From Octopus sinensis (taxonomy: Eukaryota), in assembly GCF_006345805.1 (NCBI RefSeq), contig NC_043004.1, forward strand, positions 65,224,001-65,288,000: a DNA stretch of 64,000 bases. Direction: 5' to 3'. The translations under genes and the position numbers were made by a program. Below the pieces are notes generated by a model that had not been told where the DNA came from, did not search any database, and saw nothing but the letters and a program-made list of their open reading frames with translations. Below, piece after piece: positions 13,426 through 26,689 of the stretch. Each line of letters begins with the position of its first letter. Positions within the stretch are counted from its first letter, which is position 1.

Positions 13426-13875
13426 AGGCGGTGAACTGGCAGAATCATTGACACTCCGGGTCAAATACTCAGAGGCATTTCATCTGTCGTTATGTTCTGT
13501 ATTCAAATTTTGCCGATGTCGGCTTTGCCTTTCATCATTTCGGGGTCGATAAACAATTGCCAGTTGAGCATTTTTGGTGGATATAATTGTCTTATCCCTG
13601 CCTCCAAACTTGCTGGCTTTGTGCTAATATTTGAAACCAATATTTCTTCCCCCAATAAGGTGGAGATCTAGCAGAATCGTTGGTATGCTGAGTAAAATGC
13701 TTAGAGGCATTGCGTCCGCTGTTACATTCTGTGTTCAAATATCGCCAAGGTCGGTTTTGCCTTTCATCCTTTTGGGGTCGATAAAATAAATACCAGTTGA
13801 GTATTGGGGGTTGGATGTAATCGACTTAATGCCTTTCCCGAATTTGCTGGCGTTGTGCCAAAATTTGAAATCCTG
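13426..13875 (+). mobile_element. Two diverged SINE family B monomers in tandem
   Basis: Each has GGCGG..GA.CT.GCAGAATC.TT head, TTTGCCTTTCATC..TTCGGGGTCGATAAA core and GCTGGC.TTGTGC.AA.ATTTGAAA tail. Confidence 0.75.
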
Positions 13876-14010
13876 TAAAGGCTATAAGACGTGACATGGA
13901 CATCTGAAACGGACACTAACGAAGCCGTAGTCAGCAGGAAACGATACAGGAAACGTTCTGACTACGACCACTCGCCAGCGATAGTTAGTCATCCGGCGTT
14001 CATCCAGAGC
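13874..14010 (-). mobile_element. LINE (RTE-like) extreme 3' end, homologous to 18096-18230
   Basis: Shared GTCAC.TCTTA.AGCCTTTACAG terminus and WR..V.RT..VS.P...GF translation. Confidence 0.45.
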
Positions 14011-14423
14011 CACTATTTCAGTTTTGCTTAGTTTCTGGTCGTCTAGCAAAGAACCATGCATAAACGCATTTTCCAGTTTACAAGTCTTTCTTACAGTTCA
14101 TATTGATTCTAACCATTTTCTGATTCTGTTTGTGTATCAGTCTGTCCTTATCGATATTTTCTGGTAGCATATCATTTTATATTTGGCTTGTTTCGTTCAT
14201 TGGACTGTGGTCATGCTGACGCAACACCTTGAAGAGTTTGGTCGAATAAATTGACCCCAGAACTTGTGTTTCTTTTAAGTCTAGTACTTATTCTACTGGT
14301 GCTGGGGTCTTTTGCCGAACAGCTAAGCTACAAGGATGTAAAAAAAACTCCAGCACCGGTTTTTAAGCGGCGTGATGAGATAAGGGTGCAAAGCACAAAC
14401 TTATACACACATACACACACTCA

Positions 14424-14455
<32 letters not shown>

Positions 14456-14661
14456 CACGCATACATAATACGCACACATTACATACATATATATATTCAC
14501 AAATAAGAAATTATATCCACGAATGTGGTGTTGAGCATTCATTATCATCATTCGACATTTACACACACACACATGTACAATGCACACAGGAGTTAAGGTG
14601 TAGAGTAGATCCGATTCGGGATGAAAGTGGTAGACGTCGAAGCAAAGTATATACCGCAGGC

Positions 14662-15265
14662 TACTAGTCAGACAATCCCTGCAATCACATCACCCGTAAC
14701 ATGTGGTCACCTAACTCCCAAGACTGCAGCTCCCTTGATTTTTAAGTGTGGGAATGGTGGCGAGCTGGCAGAATTATTAGCACTTTGGACGAAATGCTTT
14801 GCGGTATTTCGCCTATTGCTACGTTCTGAGTTCTCAATTCCGCCGACGTCGACTTTACCTTTCATCTTTTCGGGGTCGATAGAATAAGTATCATTTGAGT
14901 ATTGGGGGTCGATGTAATCAATTATCCACATCCCCCAAATTTCAGGCCGTGTGCCTTTAATAGAAAGGATTGTTATGTGTGGGGAGTAGTTGAGAGAGAG
15001 ACCAACAAAACTGCTTATAACACCAAAGATGAACTGAAGGCAAGGATTATGGCAGCATTCACCAACTTAAATAAGATGACAGTCCAGAAGAGTTGCAGGA
15101 GATTCCGAAGCCGTCTGGAGGCCCGGGTTGAAGACAATGGCGATTTTATTGAAGCAATTTACTCCTTATAGTATTTCAAGATATCTTTATGCAATTTTGG
15201 TAAATATATCTGTTAAAATGAGATGCCAGTACTATTTGCATATTTTTGCCTAATTTAGACGACAA
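14662..15265 (+). mobile_element. Tc1-like transposase 3' remnant interrupted by a SINE
   Basis: HITRNMWSPNSQDCSSLDF*VW (WPPNSPD.NP.D motif), then CYVWGVVERETNKTAYNTKDELKARIMAAFTNLNKMTVQKSCRRFRSRLEARVEDNGDFIE, followed by a TIR-like end. Confidence 0.85.
14754..14969 (+). mobile_element. SINE family B monomer inserted in the Tc1 ORF, with 16-nt TSD
   Basis: TSD GATTTTTAAGTGTGGG (14737-14752) / GATTGTTATGTGTGGG (14968-14983); both fall in the transposase D.YVWG motif. Confidence 0.85.
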
Positions 15266-15298
15266 TATATTCACCGCCCTCTCCTCTCTCTCTCTCTC

Positions 15299-15340
<42 letters not shown>

Positions 15341-15944
15341 CATGTATGTATGTAGATGTATATATGCATACATACACACACACACACAGATATATAAATA
15401 TATATATAAATTGCTTCTCTGTTTCGTCAATCAAATTCATTTACAAATGAGACAAAAGTAGAAAACAAATACCCAAGGCACCGCGCATTGGAACTGAACC
15501 CAAAAACACATGGCTGAAAGGCGTGCTTCTTACCCACACAGCCGTGCCTGCGCCTATAAAGCTTTTTTATCACGTTTTGTGACATACCTATCTGGTCTTA
15601 GTATCTGTGTGCTTTGAAACGTGATGAGAATTTAGACAGTTCTATATAAGACGTAATTTGACAATTAATTTAAAAACCTTTGTGCGTCTGTAATAATTGA
15701 AATTGATGTGGAATTTAATGTTCAGTTTAATGTACAGCTCACATTTTCGCAATTCTCAGAAAAAACAATCAGTCCAAAATGTTAGAATTCACATCACCTT
15801 AGTCCATTTTCATTCTCTTCACTCTAACAAACATTAGGAATTTCTACGTCATCGCTCGACAAACTAAGAATACCAGAGAAATATTTCTTAAATCGCTCTT
15901 AAATATACTAATGATCTTCTTGGATAATGCATTTCATTATCACC

Positions 15945-16250
15945 GTGATCACCGTGACCGACCAGGCTATCAGATGTTGCTACACATCGCTGGTCACAAT
16001 GCGCTTCGCATTGTTTTAGCCTTCAAATGACGCCACCCCGCTGGCTAAGCAAGCTGGCCAACAGAAGAAAGAGTGAGAGAAAGTTGTGGCGAGAGAGTAC
16101 AGCAGGGATTGCCACCGCCCCCTGCCGGAGCCTCGTGGTGCTTTAGGTGTTTTCGCTCAATAAATACTCACAACGCCCGGTCTGGGAATCGAAATGCGAT
16201 CTTACAACTGCGAGTCCGCTGCCCTAACCACTGGGCCATTGTGCCTCCAC
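15945..16250 (-). mobile_element. SINE family C, full length
   Basis: Reverse complement has tRNA-like head and 3' end ...GATGTGTAGCAACATCTGATAGCCTGGTCGGTCACGGTGATCACGGTGAT. Confidence 0.85.
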
Positions 16251-17299
16251 ATGTCGTTATAAATATAAAAAAAACTTGCGAGTGGAATATCTTAAACCAC
16301 TTGTCTACAGAGGTGGCTACCATGTGTTATACAAGAACACCGACATTAATTATGCGGAATTTGGTTGTAAAGTTTACAAGGGGAAATATGTCCAGACTGT
16401 CAATATTATAACTCACACAATTCTTCACAAGGTTTTCAAATGTGCAATGATGTCGTGACGCTGACGAGGAAGTTGGACTTTCATAGCATCTGCATCTTTT
16501 AGCACATTGTGTAACAACAGAGAGCATGCCTACCTGATTGGCGGGGAATAAATGCTGTTTATTATGAAGTCAAGCAAGGTCATGCAGACCTGCTATCGAA
16601 CATCGTGTGCAGTTTATGCTACGCATCCCATCCGATTTTAACATCGATCTTTATTTTCGAAGATGGATAAATGGTTAGATAGATATGACAAATAAATAGA
16701 TATATAAAGAGATGGAGAGATGGGTAAACGGATAGAGGGATGGATAGATAGACAGATAAATAGATAAATAGATAGGTAGATAGATAAATACATAGATAAA
16801 GAGATAGATAGATAAAGAGACAGATAAATATGTAGATAGATAAAGAAATAGATGATCTAAGGCATTTCATCTGTGACCAGTTTATCCAATACCATAGACA
16901 TATAAAAAACAATATGGTGTGATTTGAGGAAGAATTCGTTGCTGATTCTGACATACATGGGCAATCACATAAAATGTTAATTTTTCTTGCGTCATAGACA
17001 TCGAATATTCGATATTGATAAAAAGCATTACCACATAGAATGCACATGCCTATCATTACACAAACTCATGATTGTGTGGTTAAGAAACTCGCATTCCAAC
17101 CACGTAGTTTTAGATGCAGTCCCATTACAAGTACCTTTGACTACGCAGACCCAAGCTGACCAATGCTTTGTGAGTGAATTTGCTAGCTTTTACTAAACCA
17201 CATTCAGCAACATTGAATTTGTTGTGCTATTGGACCGCCTGGTCGGAAAAAATTCAGCAGTGTCAGTGTCAAGCAGTGTTTAGACATAAATGAACTTTA

Positions 17300-17582
17300 A
17301 CGATGAACGTTGCCCTCTTCAAGCCTCGCTAGGCTCATGGGCTCGGTTTCCCGGTTTCTGTGGCGTATGTGTTCCCCCCAGCTGGACGGGACGCCAGTCC
17401 ATCGCAGCGTTACTCAAGAAACAGGATGAAAGAGTGAGAGAAAGTTGTGGCGAAAGAGTACAACAGGGGTCATCACCAGCCCCTACCGGAGCCTCGTGGA
17501 GTTTTTAGGTGTCTGGAAATCGAAACCGCGATCCTCTGACCGCGAGTCCGCTGCCCCAACCATTGGTCCATTGCGCCTCCAC
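17300..17582 (-). mobile_element. SINE family C variant
   Basis: Head GGAGGCGCAATGGACCAATGGTTGGGGCAGCGGACTCGCGG; alternative 3' part also seen at 20998 and 53062. Confidence 0.75.
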
Positions 17583-17849
17583 AAATGAACTTTCGGTTAG
17601 TTAAAATATATTTTAACTAAATTCTAAAGGCAAATTCACTGCAGTTACTGTGGAGAAAAAAAATTCTCTCTTATGGTAAAAGATGTAAAAACACCATATC
17701 TGCCCCGTGTTGTTCTCTACCGGCCTACCGGATGCAGCGCTTCTAGTTCTTTATCCGTAATCAATGGGCTACGTGTACATACATGCATACATACATACAT
17801 ACATACATACATACATACATACATACTACATACATACATACATATAGAT

Positions 17850-18075
17850 GCGGAGGCTTAATTGCCCAGTGGTTAGGGTAGCAGACGCGTGGTCATAGGA
17901 TTGCTGTTTCGATTCCCAGACCGAGAATTGTGAGTTTTTATTCAACGAAAACACCTAAATCTCCACGAGGCTCAGGCAGGGGGTGGTAGCGAACGGTACT
18001 GTATTCTCTCACTCTTTCTTTCTGTTTCTTTTATACCTGTATTTCAAAGGGCCAGCCGTGTCACACAATTATCCT
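17850..18075 (+). mobile_element. SINE family C variant
   Basis: GGAGGCTTAATTGCCCAGTGGTTAGGG...GTTTCGATTCCCAGACC head. Confidence 0.75.
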
Positions 18076-18095
18076 GCTGCTCAATGCTCTTTGTA

Positions 18096-18600
18096 CTCTG
18101 TAAAGGCTGTAAGATGTGACATGGACAACTGAAACGGAGATTACGAAGCCGTGGCCGACAGGAAGTGATACAACCACCGTTCTGGCTACGTCCGTACGCC
18201 AGAATCTATCCCCACGTCTTTGAACAGGTCCTTAGGCTCAATCCAAACGAGTGGAGACTGTGGCCAATCTCTGCCTAGTGAGGGTTACTGCTGGAAGGCT
18301 GTGTCCGTGGCAGTAAGATTCGGTCCCTTGCCATACCAATTGAGAGAATTAAAAGAGGCTGTCGGAGAATTTCAACGACTTCACAACCCTCGAGTTTTAA
18401 TCTCCTAATTCCACCGAATACGATCCTTTGCATTGCGATCTGTGGATCGCGGTTCAGAAAGACACCGGCCTCACAGTGAACATTAAGATGATCGGAGATA
18501 TTTCCTGTGACAGGTCTCGAAGCTGTGTTGAAGCCACGATTGAAGTCCAGATTGGCGCTTTGAGTAAATTGTTATCTCCGAGCCATAATCGAGTCGATAT
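18096..18600 (-). mobile_element. RTE-like LINE 3' fragment, degraded
   Basis: Frameshifted RRLKLEG..V..LRQP..IL.....RDR..PRTQ......AEIGHSLHSFGLSL...DRFWRT resembles the RTE C-terminal RRL.W.GH..R....P...L.....R.RGRP..RW...DL..LGL....A.DR..WR. Confidence 0.55.
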
Positions 18601-18899
18601 TTTTTGATGTCTTAAAATACTTTACTTTGGATGGAATATGGTGTCCTTTTTCTTTTAAGCAAGCCGCGAAATTTATCCGAACACCGTGTGTGTGTGTGTG
18701 TGTGTATGTGCACGTGTGTGTGTATGTCAACATATACATATACACACATATCTTTATAAGTATATGTAAATAAATACGTTTGTATATTTGGATGTATATA
18801 TATGTTTAAGCACATACACACACATATATATGTACGTATGCATATATATTTTGTAGGTATACAAGTATACATATACCAACGTTTACATATAAAAATATA

Positions 18900-18938
<39 letters not shown>

Positions 18939-19152
18939 GTGTGAGTGTGTGTGTGTGTGTGCATGTATATTACTATACTACTCGCTATAGTGACTGGTAA
19001 CCACTATAAGCTGTAGTGGAGAACAGTCAACACGTTGTGCTGAGGCTGACCAAAGAGTTTTATTCTTAGATATATCTGGGGTACTTATATGTACTCATGA
19101 TTTTTGCTTCGGCTTTTTTCCTGGGCGCATGTAAGTATCTTATTTATATCCT

Positions 19153-19227
19153 TTCGTATGTTCTACTGAAGAGGAAGAATCTATTATGAGATTAATTCCG
19201 AAATTGATTCAATATAGAATTAACGAA
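19153..19227 (+). ncRNA. Type I hammerhead ribozyme, intact core
   Basis: Stem I TTCGTATGTTCTA/TAGAATTAACGAA (2x2 internal loop); CTGAAGA 19166-19172; stem II GGAA-g-AATCT/AGATT-aa-TTCC; GAAA 19200-19203; stem III A-TTG-att-CAA-T; AUA triplet, predicted cut after 19214. Confidence 0.85.
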
Positions 19228-19418
19228 CATTTAAAAAAATTCTATCGGCCGGCTTTCCCCGATTTCAGTTCTTCGTGTATTTTTCTGTAGCGAGTAAATA
19301 ATATGTGGAAATTGACGATTTAAAAGTCTGTTATCAGCATATTGGCATTGAAATAATTTTCTTTAGCCCTTACTTATAAGTTATATATATATATATTTAT
19401 ATATATATATCTATATAT

Positions 19419-19451
<33 letters not shown>

Positions 19452-19671
19452 TTTTTGTGTGTGAGTGTGTGTGTGTGTGCATGTATATTACTATACTACT
19501 CGCTATAGTGACTGGTAACCACTATAAGCTGTAGTGGAGAACAGTCAACACGTTGTGCTGAGGCTGACCAAAGAATTTTATTCTTAGATATATCTGGGGT
19601 ACTTATATGTACTCATGATTTTTGCTTCGGCTTTTTTCCATGGGCGCATGTAAGTATCTTATTTATATCCT

Positions 19672-19746
19672 TTCGTATGTTCTACTGAGAGGAAAGAATC
19701 TATTATGAGATTAATTCCGAAATTGATTCAATATAGAATTAACGAA
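19672..19746 (+). ncRNA. Second HHR copy with one-base core deletion (CTGA-GA)
   Basis: Same as 19153-19227 except CTGAGA GGAAA in place of CTGAAGA GGAA. Confidence 0.7.
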
Positions 19747-19900
19747 CATTTAAAAAAAATTCTATCGGCCGGCTTTCCCCGATTTCAGTTCTTCGTGTAT
19801 TTTTCTGTAGCGAGTAAATAATATGTGGAAATTGACGATTTAAAAGTCTGTTATCAGCATATTGGCATTGAAATAATTTTCTTTAGCCCTTACTTATAAG

Positions 19901-19991
<91 letters not shown>

Positions 19992-19998
19992 GTGTGTA

Positions 19999-20030
<32 letters not shown>

Positions 20031-20141
20031 CATTATATATATAGATATATATTTATTTACACCTATATCTATGTGTGCGCGTCTGAGTGTACGTATATGT
20101 GTGTGTGCGCGCGTTCTTCTGTGTGTGTGTGTATGTGCCTC

Positions 20142-20184
<43 letters not shown>

Positions 20185-20997
20185 TATATATATAGATATA
20201 TATTTATATACATCTATATCTATGTGTGCGCGTCTGAGTGTACATATATGTGTGTGTGCGCGTGCATTCTTCTGTGTGTGTGTGTGTGTATGTGCCTCTG
20301 TGTGTGTGTATATATATATGTGTGTATGTGCGTGCGTGTGTATGTGCGTGCGTATGTATGTGCGTGCGTGTGTATGTACTTTCCTGTAGTGTTTGTATAA
20401 ACAACATTCCACAAGAGATATTTAATGTATTCAGCAAGTCGGTAACTTAGATACACAACTGATATAGCAGCTAAAATCGGATGACGTGTATATGTTTTTG
20501 TGCTTGGCTGACTCTCTTAACTCCGATAAACTGAAAATATTATGATATATTGAAAAACAATGATGACATTATCGGAGTACATTTATCAGAGAATATTTTC
20601 ATATCGTATTTTTTCTAGTTCACTCTGAACAGATAGTTATGTAATTTGAAGTAATGCTAGATTATAAAAGTTTCTTTTATGATTCACATAAGACTATTGC
20701 TGCTTGAGATGTGAGTCATTCTAAATAATGGTACTTCTATACAGCTAGGTGAATTGCTTCGAAATATCTGCGAAAATACTATGCTGCGTAATACTAGGAT
20801 GTGCACAGGTTTGTCTTGGATTGTTTCTATTTCGTCAGCTCATCCATCTACAATACTTTCCTCTTTTTCTTTCTGTTATTCTTTGGGTTTATCTTTATTT
20901 GGTTTTGCTTATAATGTCACCCTAATATCACTTCTGCACGATTTCGCATAACGTTAGAAAATATTCCCATTCTTTAACATCGCATATAATATACTAA

Positions 20998-21245
20998 GTG
21001 GAGGCACGTGGTTCAGTGGTTAGAGTGTCAGCATCATGATCGTAAGATGGTGGTTTCGACTCCTGGACCGGGTGACACGTTGTGCTCTTGAGCAAAACAC
21101 TTCATTTCCCGTTGCTCCAGTTCACTCAGCTGGCAAAAATGAGTAACGCTGCGATGGACTGGCGTCCCGTCCAGGTGGGGAACACATACGCTATAGAAAC
21201 CGGGAAACCGGGCACATGAGCCTGGCTAGGCTTTAAAAGGATGCG
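20998..21245 (+). mobile_element. SINE family C variant ending in (ATT)n
   Basis: GGAGGCACGTGGTTCAGTGGTTAGAG...GTTTCGACTCC head; TTGAGCAAAACACTT core. Confidence 0.75.
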
Positions 21246-21904
21246 TTTATTATTATTATTATTATTATTATTTTATTATTATTATTATTATAGCTACGCA
21301 AAACAGTTAAATCTCTTCTCTATACTACAAAAACGTCTTTAGAATAGGGAAATATGTTAGATAATGTTTTGCTAGACAAATTATGTATGAATAAAAGAAG
21401 AGGAGGAGCAAGGTTAGCCAATTACTGATTTCGAGTAGGTATACTCAACCAGGACTGATCTAGGGCTAAGTAGCAATACCGCTAACCCGAAATCAGCTAC
21501 AAAATAGCGGAACAACAAAGAGACTGTAATAACTTCTGAATAAAATAATTGGAGTAAAATAAAAAAAGAAGTAGGTTTCAACCAGTGAGTAGATATGTTT
21601 AATAACTACAGCCAAAAGCAAAATGAGGATAATTTGAAGACAGAATATTGTCAGAGCCTGAATAAATAAATATATTTGGAATAAAAACGGAAGGAGAGTT
21701 CATACCAAGCACTTTATGCTAACATAGGTACTGTGAAATATTTATGTAGAGTACTATTTAATATGTTCGTGTGCATTAAGGATCGTTAGCCAATCGAAAG
21801 CCACCATTACACACATGACTGTGAATTTTTCATTGATGTCTGTTTCCATAATAACGAGCAAAGTTGTAGTCATTCTAACAAGGGTGATATACTCGTGTGA
21901 CTGT

Positions 21905-22262
21905 GAAACTTTCACCACCGGAACCACCACCATCGGCTGCAATATAGGCATACAGAGATGCTGTAAAAAGAGAATCCTGGAGGAGCTTCGCAGCCGACCG
22001 GCCAGCATATTGGCGCTCGTTGAATGAACATTTTCAGTCTAGGAAGATGAGCTTAATGAGCAGAGCAGCAGATAAGCGAGATCGGCAAAAGGAGCGCAGG
22101 AACTACAGCAGACCTAACACCGAATGCAAATGTGCTCTATGGGACAGAGAGTTTCACTCATGTACAGGCCTGCTTTGCCATCGGAGACTCTGCTTCAGCT
22201 GAGCTGAAACAGCAAGGATACTACCCATGGTTAGCTCTAACCGAAAGAGGCTCAGGTTTAAA
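21905..22262 (+). mobile_element. RTE (BovB-like) LINE 3' end with C-terminal zinc-finger remnant
   Basis: AADRPAYWRSLNEHFQSRKMSLMSRAADKRDRQKERRNYSRPNTECKCALWDREFHSCTGLLCHRRLC matches A.DR..WR...KR..RK.R...C..C.R...SRIGL.SH.R.C. Confidence 0.8.
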
Positions 22263-22335
22263 GGCGGTGCTCCAGCATGGCCGCAGGCAAATGACTGAAA
22301 CAAGTAAAAGAGTAAAAGAGTATATATATATATAT

Positions 22336-22403
<68 letters not shown>

Positions 22404-23856
22404 AGATGGATAGATAGATATATGTATTTATGTATGTGCGTATGCATATATGTATATGTATGTAGACATGTTAAAGCCGATAGATTTATTCTGTAATACA
22501 ACGTAGCGTTGAAAACAAATATGCTTACGTCATGTCGGTTACTTATAGATAATATGGCCTTAAGATACATTTACTGGCATATGTAATACTGATATAGCAT
22601 TTATTTAAATTATTTATCAAGTACTGATCTAATAAGTATAAGCAAGGATTACTTCTTAGTTGTATCTAACTGCAGACATGGCGGGGAAAGGAAAGGAGTA
22701 TACGAGAAAAATGGTCAAAATGGAGTTTATTTGCTACATGTCTCTGAAACTAAGCTGAGATTACAGTACATATCATTGTTTCAAAACACATGAGTAAACC
22801 GGTGCATCATATAATATCCTTGAGAATTACGGCGACAGACGGCTAATGTTTTGTCTTTCAGTATCAAATGATAACAAGAGACATTTAGCTTCAATATGCA
22901 CAGATATTCTATTATTGTATCTCTGTTTTTGCCTCATACCAATTATAGATTCTCCATTGATTAATCAGCAACAATCATCAGCAAGCCAACATACAAACCA
23001 ACAGTTTCATTCCCATGACAGTTCGTGTAGTAACCATGACTATAAAATGTCGTCTCTTTTGTTGAATGCGATTTCAGACAAAATTTAACTACTGTCATTG
23101 TGTCTTATCTTCGTTTCTTGTTGAGCTCGAGTATCATTTCTAAATGCATCAACGTAATAAATAAATGAAATTTTCGCATTAGTTTAGAGAAGCACTTTTT
23201 ACTTTCCTATTTGCAAAGTGGTAAATCGCTATAAAGACACTTATCCTATCTACGTTTTCTTACAAAAGGAATGTATTATGGCGTCCACTCATGTGGAAAC
23301 AGAAGCGCCATCTTTTCGTTATGATGTCTTTGTCCGAAGGACGGCCTTTTTGTCTTTAAGAGAAGAGTCTGGATAGTTTGTAACCTCTTCAATTGTCGAC
23401 AGTAAATACCATACATATTTCTCCGAACAAATTTAAAGTATTCTAAATAATTCGGTTCCAATCCATTCTCTTGTTGACATTTACGTAAATGTCAGTTATT
23501 TTATCAATGATTTCCAGAGAATAAATTTAGATATTTTATTCTCCATTGCGGGAATATGAACAGATTATTCACCGACTTTTATAATGTTGACATTCTTTAT
23601 ATAAGGTGTCGATGGTAGAGTATATATATCTAGCAGCCACTTAGTTAAGCGCATCTTCTTGTCATATATGTGGTTGAAAGACATCGATAGAACTGTATCA
23701 AATTACAACTGTCATCAAATATTTGATTTTGACGGCAGCCATTTTGTTGTGTACATTCATAGCATATCATTTGATTATCACAGAAAATAGTCGGCACTTA
23801 TCTGATAAAAGTAGGCTTTGTTCTTAGTGGATATATTGGTAGTGTAGTGTAAAAAT

Positions 23857-23902
<46 letters not shown>

Positions 23903-24048
23903 TGTGTGTGTGTATGTGTGAGAGAGATGGGAAGAGAAAGAGAGAGAAACGGTGATGGAGAGAGACAGAAAAACACACACATACATATATACATATTGAT
24001 ACACTGGGGTGTATGTATGAACAGTGTATAATGTGTACGAGCGTATGC

Positions 24049-24111
<63 letters not shown>

Positions 24112-24622
24112 CGGACGTAAGCATGTTTTTGAGTAGACAGTCTACAAAAAGATAGCAAAACACGTTATACACATTTCATTCGTGATTGGAGATCCTCTTT
24201 CTTCCTAATCTGAATATATCCACACATAATACATACATACATACATACATACATACATACATACATACATACATACAATACATGATATACGTACACACAT
24301 GGGTACACACACAATATTGTAAAATAAGGATTCAAATAGAATCAGGTCCTTGAAATGATATACGCATGCTAGGGTTGGATAAACCTGTGGTTCTGGTCCA
24401 AGGCTGGTAATTATCAAATAGGATATTCAGTTTGTGTAGACAGAGAGCACGCGTTACATTGAATTGTACATTGTTGGTATACTGTAGGGGGTCTGACAAG
24501 TCGTTAATATCCTTGGTGTTCCTTCCTTCTTTCTTTCCTTTCTTGAGCGTCCAATAACACTATACTTATTCCACGTCCTCGCGTTGTTGCGTTTTTCTCT
24601 TTGTGTTTTTTCATGCTTGGAT

Positions 24623-24904
<282 letters not shown>

Positions 24905-25075
24905 TATCAAGTTAGAGGGGTTTAATGCCTCTAAGGGATAATTAAATCCAGAGTGATTCCTGGCTATTAGCTGTGTAGGTACAGTCTTTTGTAAGGTTGT
25001 ACAGTAGCAAGTGGTTCGGTTGGTAAACCGGAGTTTAGGTTACATAGGAGAAGAAAACGGATAAACTAACGATAG

Positions 25076-25139
25076 GAAACTTGTGGTTTACACTGGTATG
25101 GCTTTAATTAAAGACATACCAGCGTAAACCACGAGTTTC
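25076..25139. repeat. 64-bp near-perfect palindrome
   Basis: 32-nt arms centred on TTAA|TTAA with 3 differences. Confidence 0.85.
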
Positions 25140-26267
25140 TCATTGTTATTTTATTCATTTTATTCTCCATACATACATACATACATACATACATACATAC
25201 ATACATACATACGTATATATACATATGTTGTGTGTGTATGTCATCGTACATAATGTGCACATATACATGCGTGGGTGTGTATTTGTCACACTGTTCCGAT
25301 ACACCATTATAAAATGGTGGTTCAAGTTACGTATCTTTGTCTCAAATTATGACTTAGCCATTTGATAAACCGATCCCGATAAAAACAATGAAGCAGAGGG
25401 AAATAAATGCTGAAATCTATCTATATGATCGATCGAAACACTTACAGGTGGTGTTCCAACGTGGCATCCGTCCAATAAAAGACAAGAGTAAAACAATAGC
25501 TGAATAAAGCAACAATCATTTATTCCATTCGAACAAAGTTGTTACATGTAAAATTGCCATAAAATAGAAACACAGATTTATGTGCAGTTGTGTGTGGAAG
25601 ACATTTCTTTATTTTTGTGTAATTATAATATCAATGATTTCTTAATGCTCTCCTCTTTACTCATATATTCTAAAGTCAATGCATAAAAAGGAATTACGGC
25701 TGTAGAAATAAACATATTGACTGTTACTTCCTGAATATAATTATTTTTACTCTGAAGAAATTGAAGGAATGTTGTACAGATAAATGTTGCAACCGATAAA
25801 TCTTCATTTACTTTGCCAACATTATCTGTATCTCTGACTAAGATGCATTAGTAACTGATATGAATGTCTACAGTAAGCTTCCAACTAGTTACAAACATGA
25901 AGTTGAAAAACAGACATCAAAAATATATACACTAAAAATCTGATTTGTAAAATGCCAATTCGACAATATCTAAGAAATTAGTGTTATTATTTCGTGTTTG
26001 TCTTAAATCTTTCTATTATATATCAAATTGTTCAAACAACCAGGAATTTGAGAACCTGGGATTATTAATTGTGACACTCAAAAATATTGTAAACTGCAAA
26101 AGAGTGTTAACAAAGTTTTGCAGAAAATATCTAATAGAAGAGAACGTTTGTCATCGATTCATATTTATGCGATGAATGTGATAAAACACATGGGTTGTCA
26201 GATACTGTTTTCTGTATAAGAACAGAAGTTAACGTCTAGTTCTAAATGAGTGAAGCAGTATTTATCG

Positions 26268-26301
26268 CTGAGAGGGCAATGTAACCCCGAAACACTGTGT
26301 C
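26268..26301 (+). ncRNA. Decayed minimal HHR-like motif
   Basis: CTGA-GA GGG caatgtaa CCCC GAAA CAC T GTG TC; stem III palindrome and GUC kept, stem I lost. Confidence 0.4.
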
Positions 26302-26586
26302 GTGTAGTCTGCTGACTGTACTTGCAGGCTGGTGTGTGAGTGTTTTTTTTTTACTTCATAGATAACAGAGATAACATTCCACAGTGAATTCTATTTTCTT
26401 TCTAGTGCGCATGAAAGTGTTAAACATAAACGTACACATTATTTTGATCGTCGATGTTTCGTGCGTTTATGCTTGATTATCTCCAGCATGGCAAGCCTCA
26501 TCACCCTGCAGAAAATATTTTGTTTCGTTGTTTTCTGTACAGGATCAGAAGTTTCAATGTAGTCGCAAACGATTGAAGTGGGCTTG

Positions 26587-26670
26587 AAGACTGAAGAGGC
26601 AAAATCACTTCGAATCACCTTGTCTGGTATGCATCAGACTACTAGACAAGATGATTCGACATATGTCTTT
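26587..26670 (+). ncRNA. Decayed HHR-like motif with long stem II
   Basis: AAGA CTGAAGA ... hairpin CGAATCA-CTTGTCTGGT/ACTAGACAAG-TGATTCG, then GA CATATG TC TTT (GAAA reduced to GA; palindrome CATATG). Confidence 0.35.
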
Positions 26671-26689
26671 GTACTGTAAGTCCATTTAG

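Larger units (their letters stand above)
18961..19901 (+). repeat. Direct tandem duplication (period ~519 bp) of an HHR-bearing element plus flanking microsatellite
   Basis: 18961-19381 and 19479-19901 are near identical and each ends in (TA)n. Confidence 0.9.

Noticed and set aside
16276-16458. 60-aa ORF with protein-like composition
   Set aside because: No recognisable domain, weak TTG start and no partner exons.
21754-22008. Minus-strand exon-like ORF with a good acceptor
   Set aside because: Partly the antisense of an RTE LINE 3' end.
23520-23720. CRW*SIYI*QPLS*AHLLVIYVVERH resembling GPCR TM3
   Set aside because: Multiple stops and no collinear neighbouring TM motifs; similarity too weak.
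26543-26626. 84-nt AG...GT exon-like segment
   Set aside because: Stops in all three frames; overlaps a decayed HHR-like repeat.
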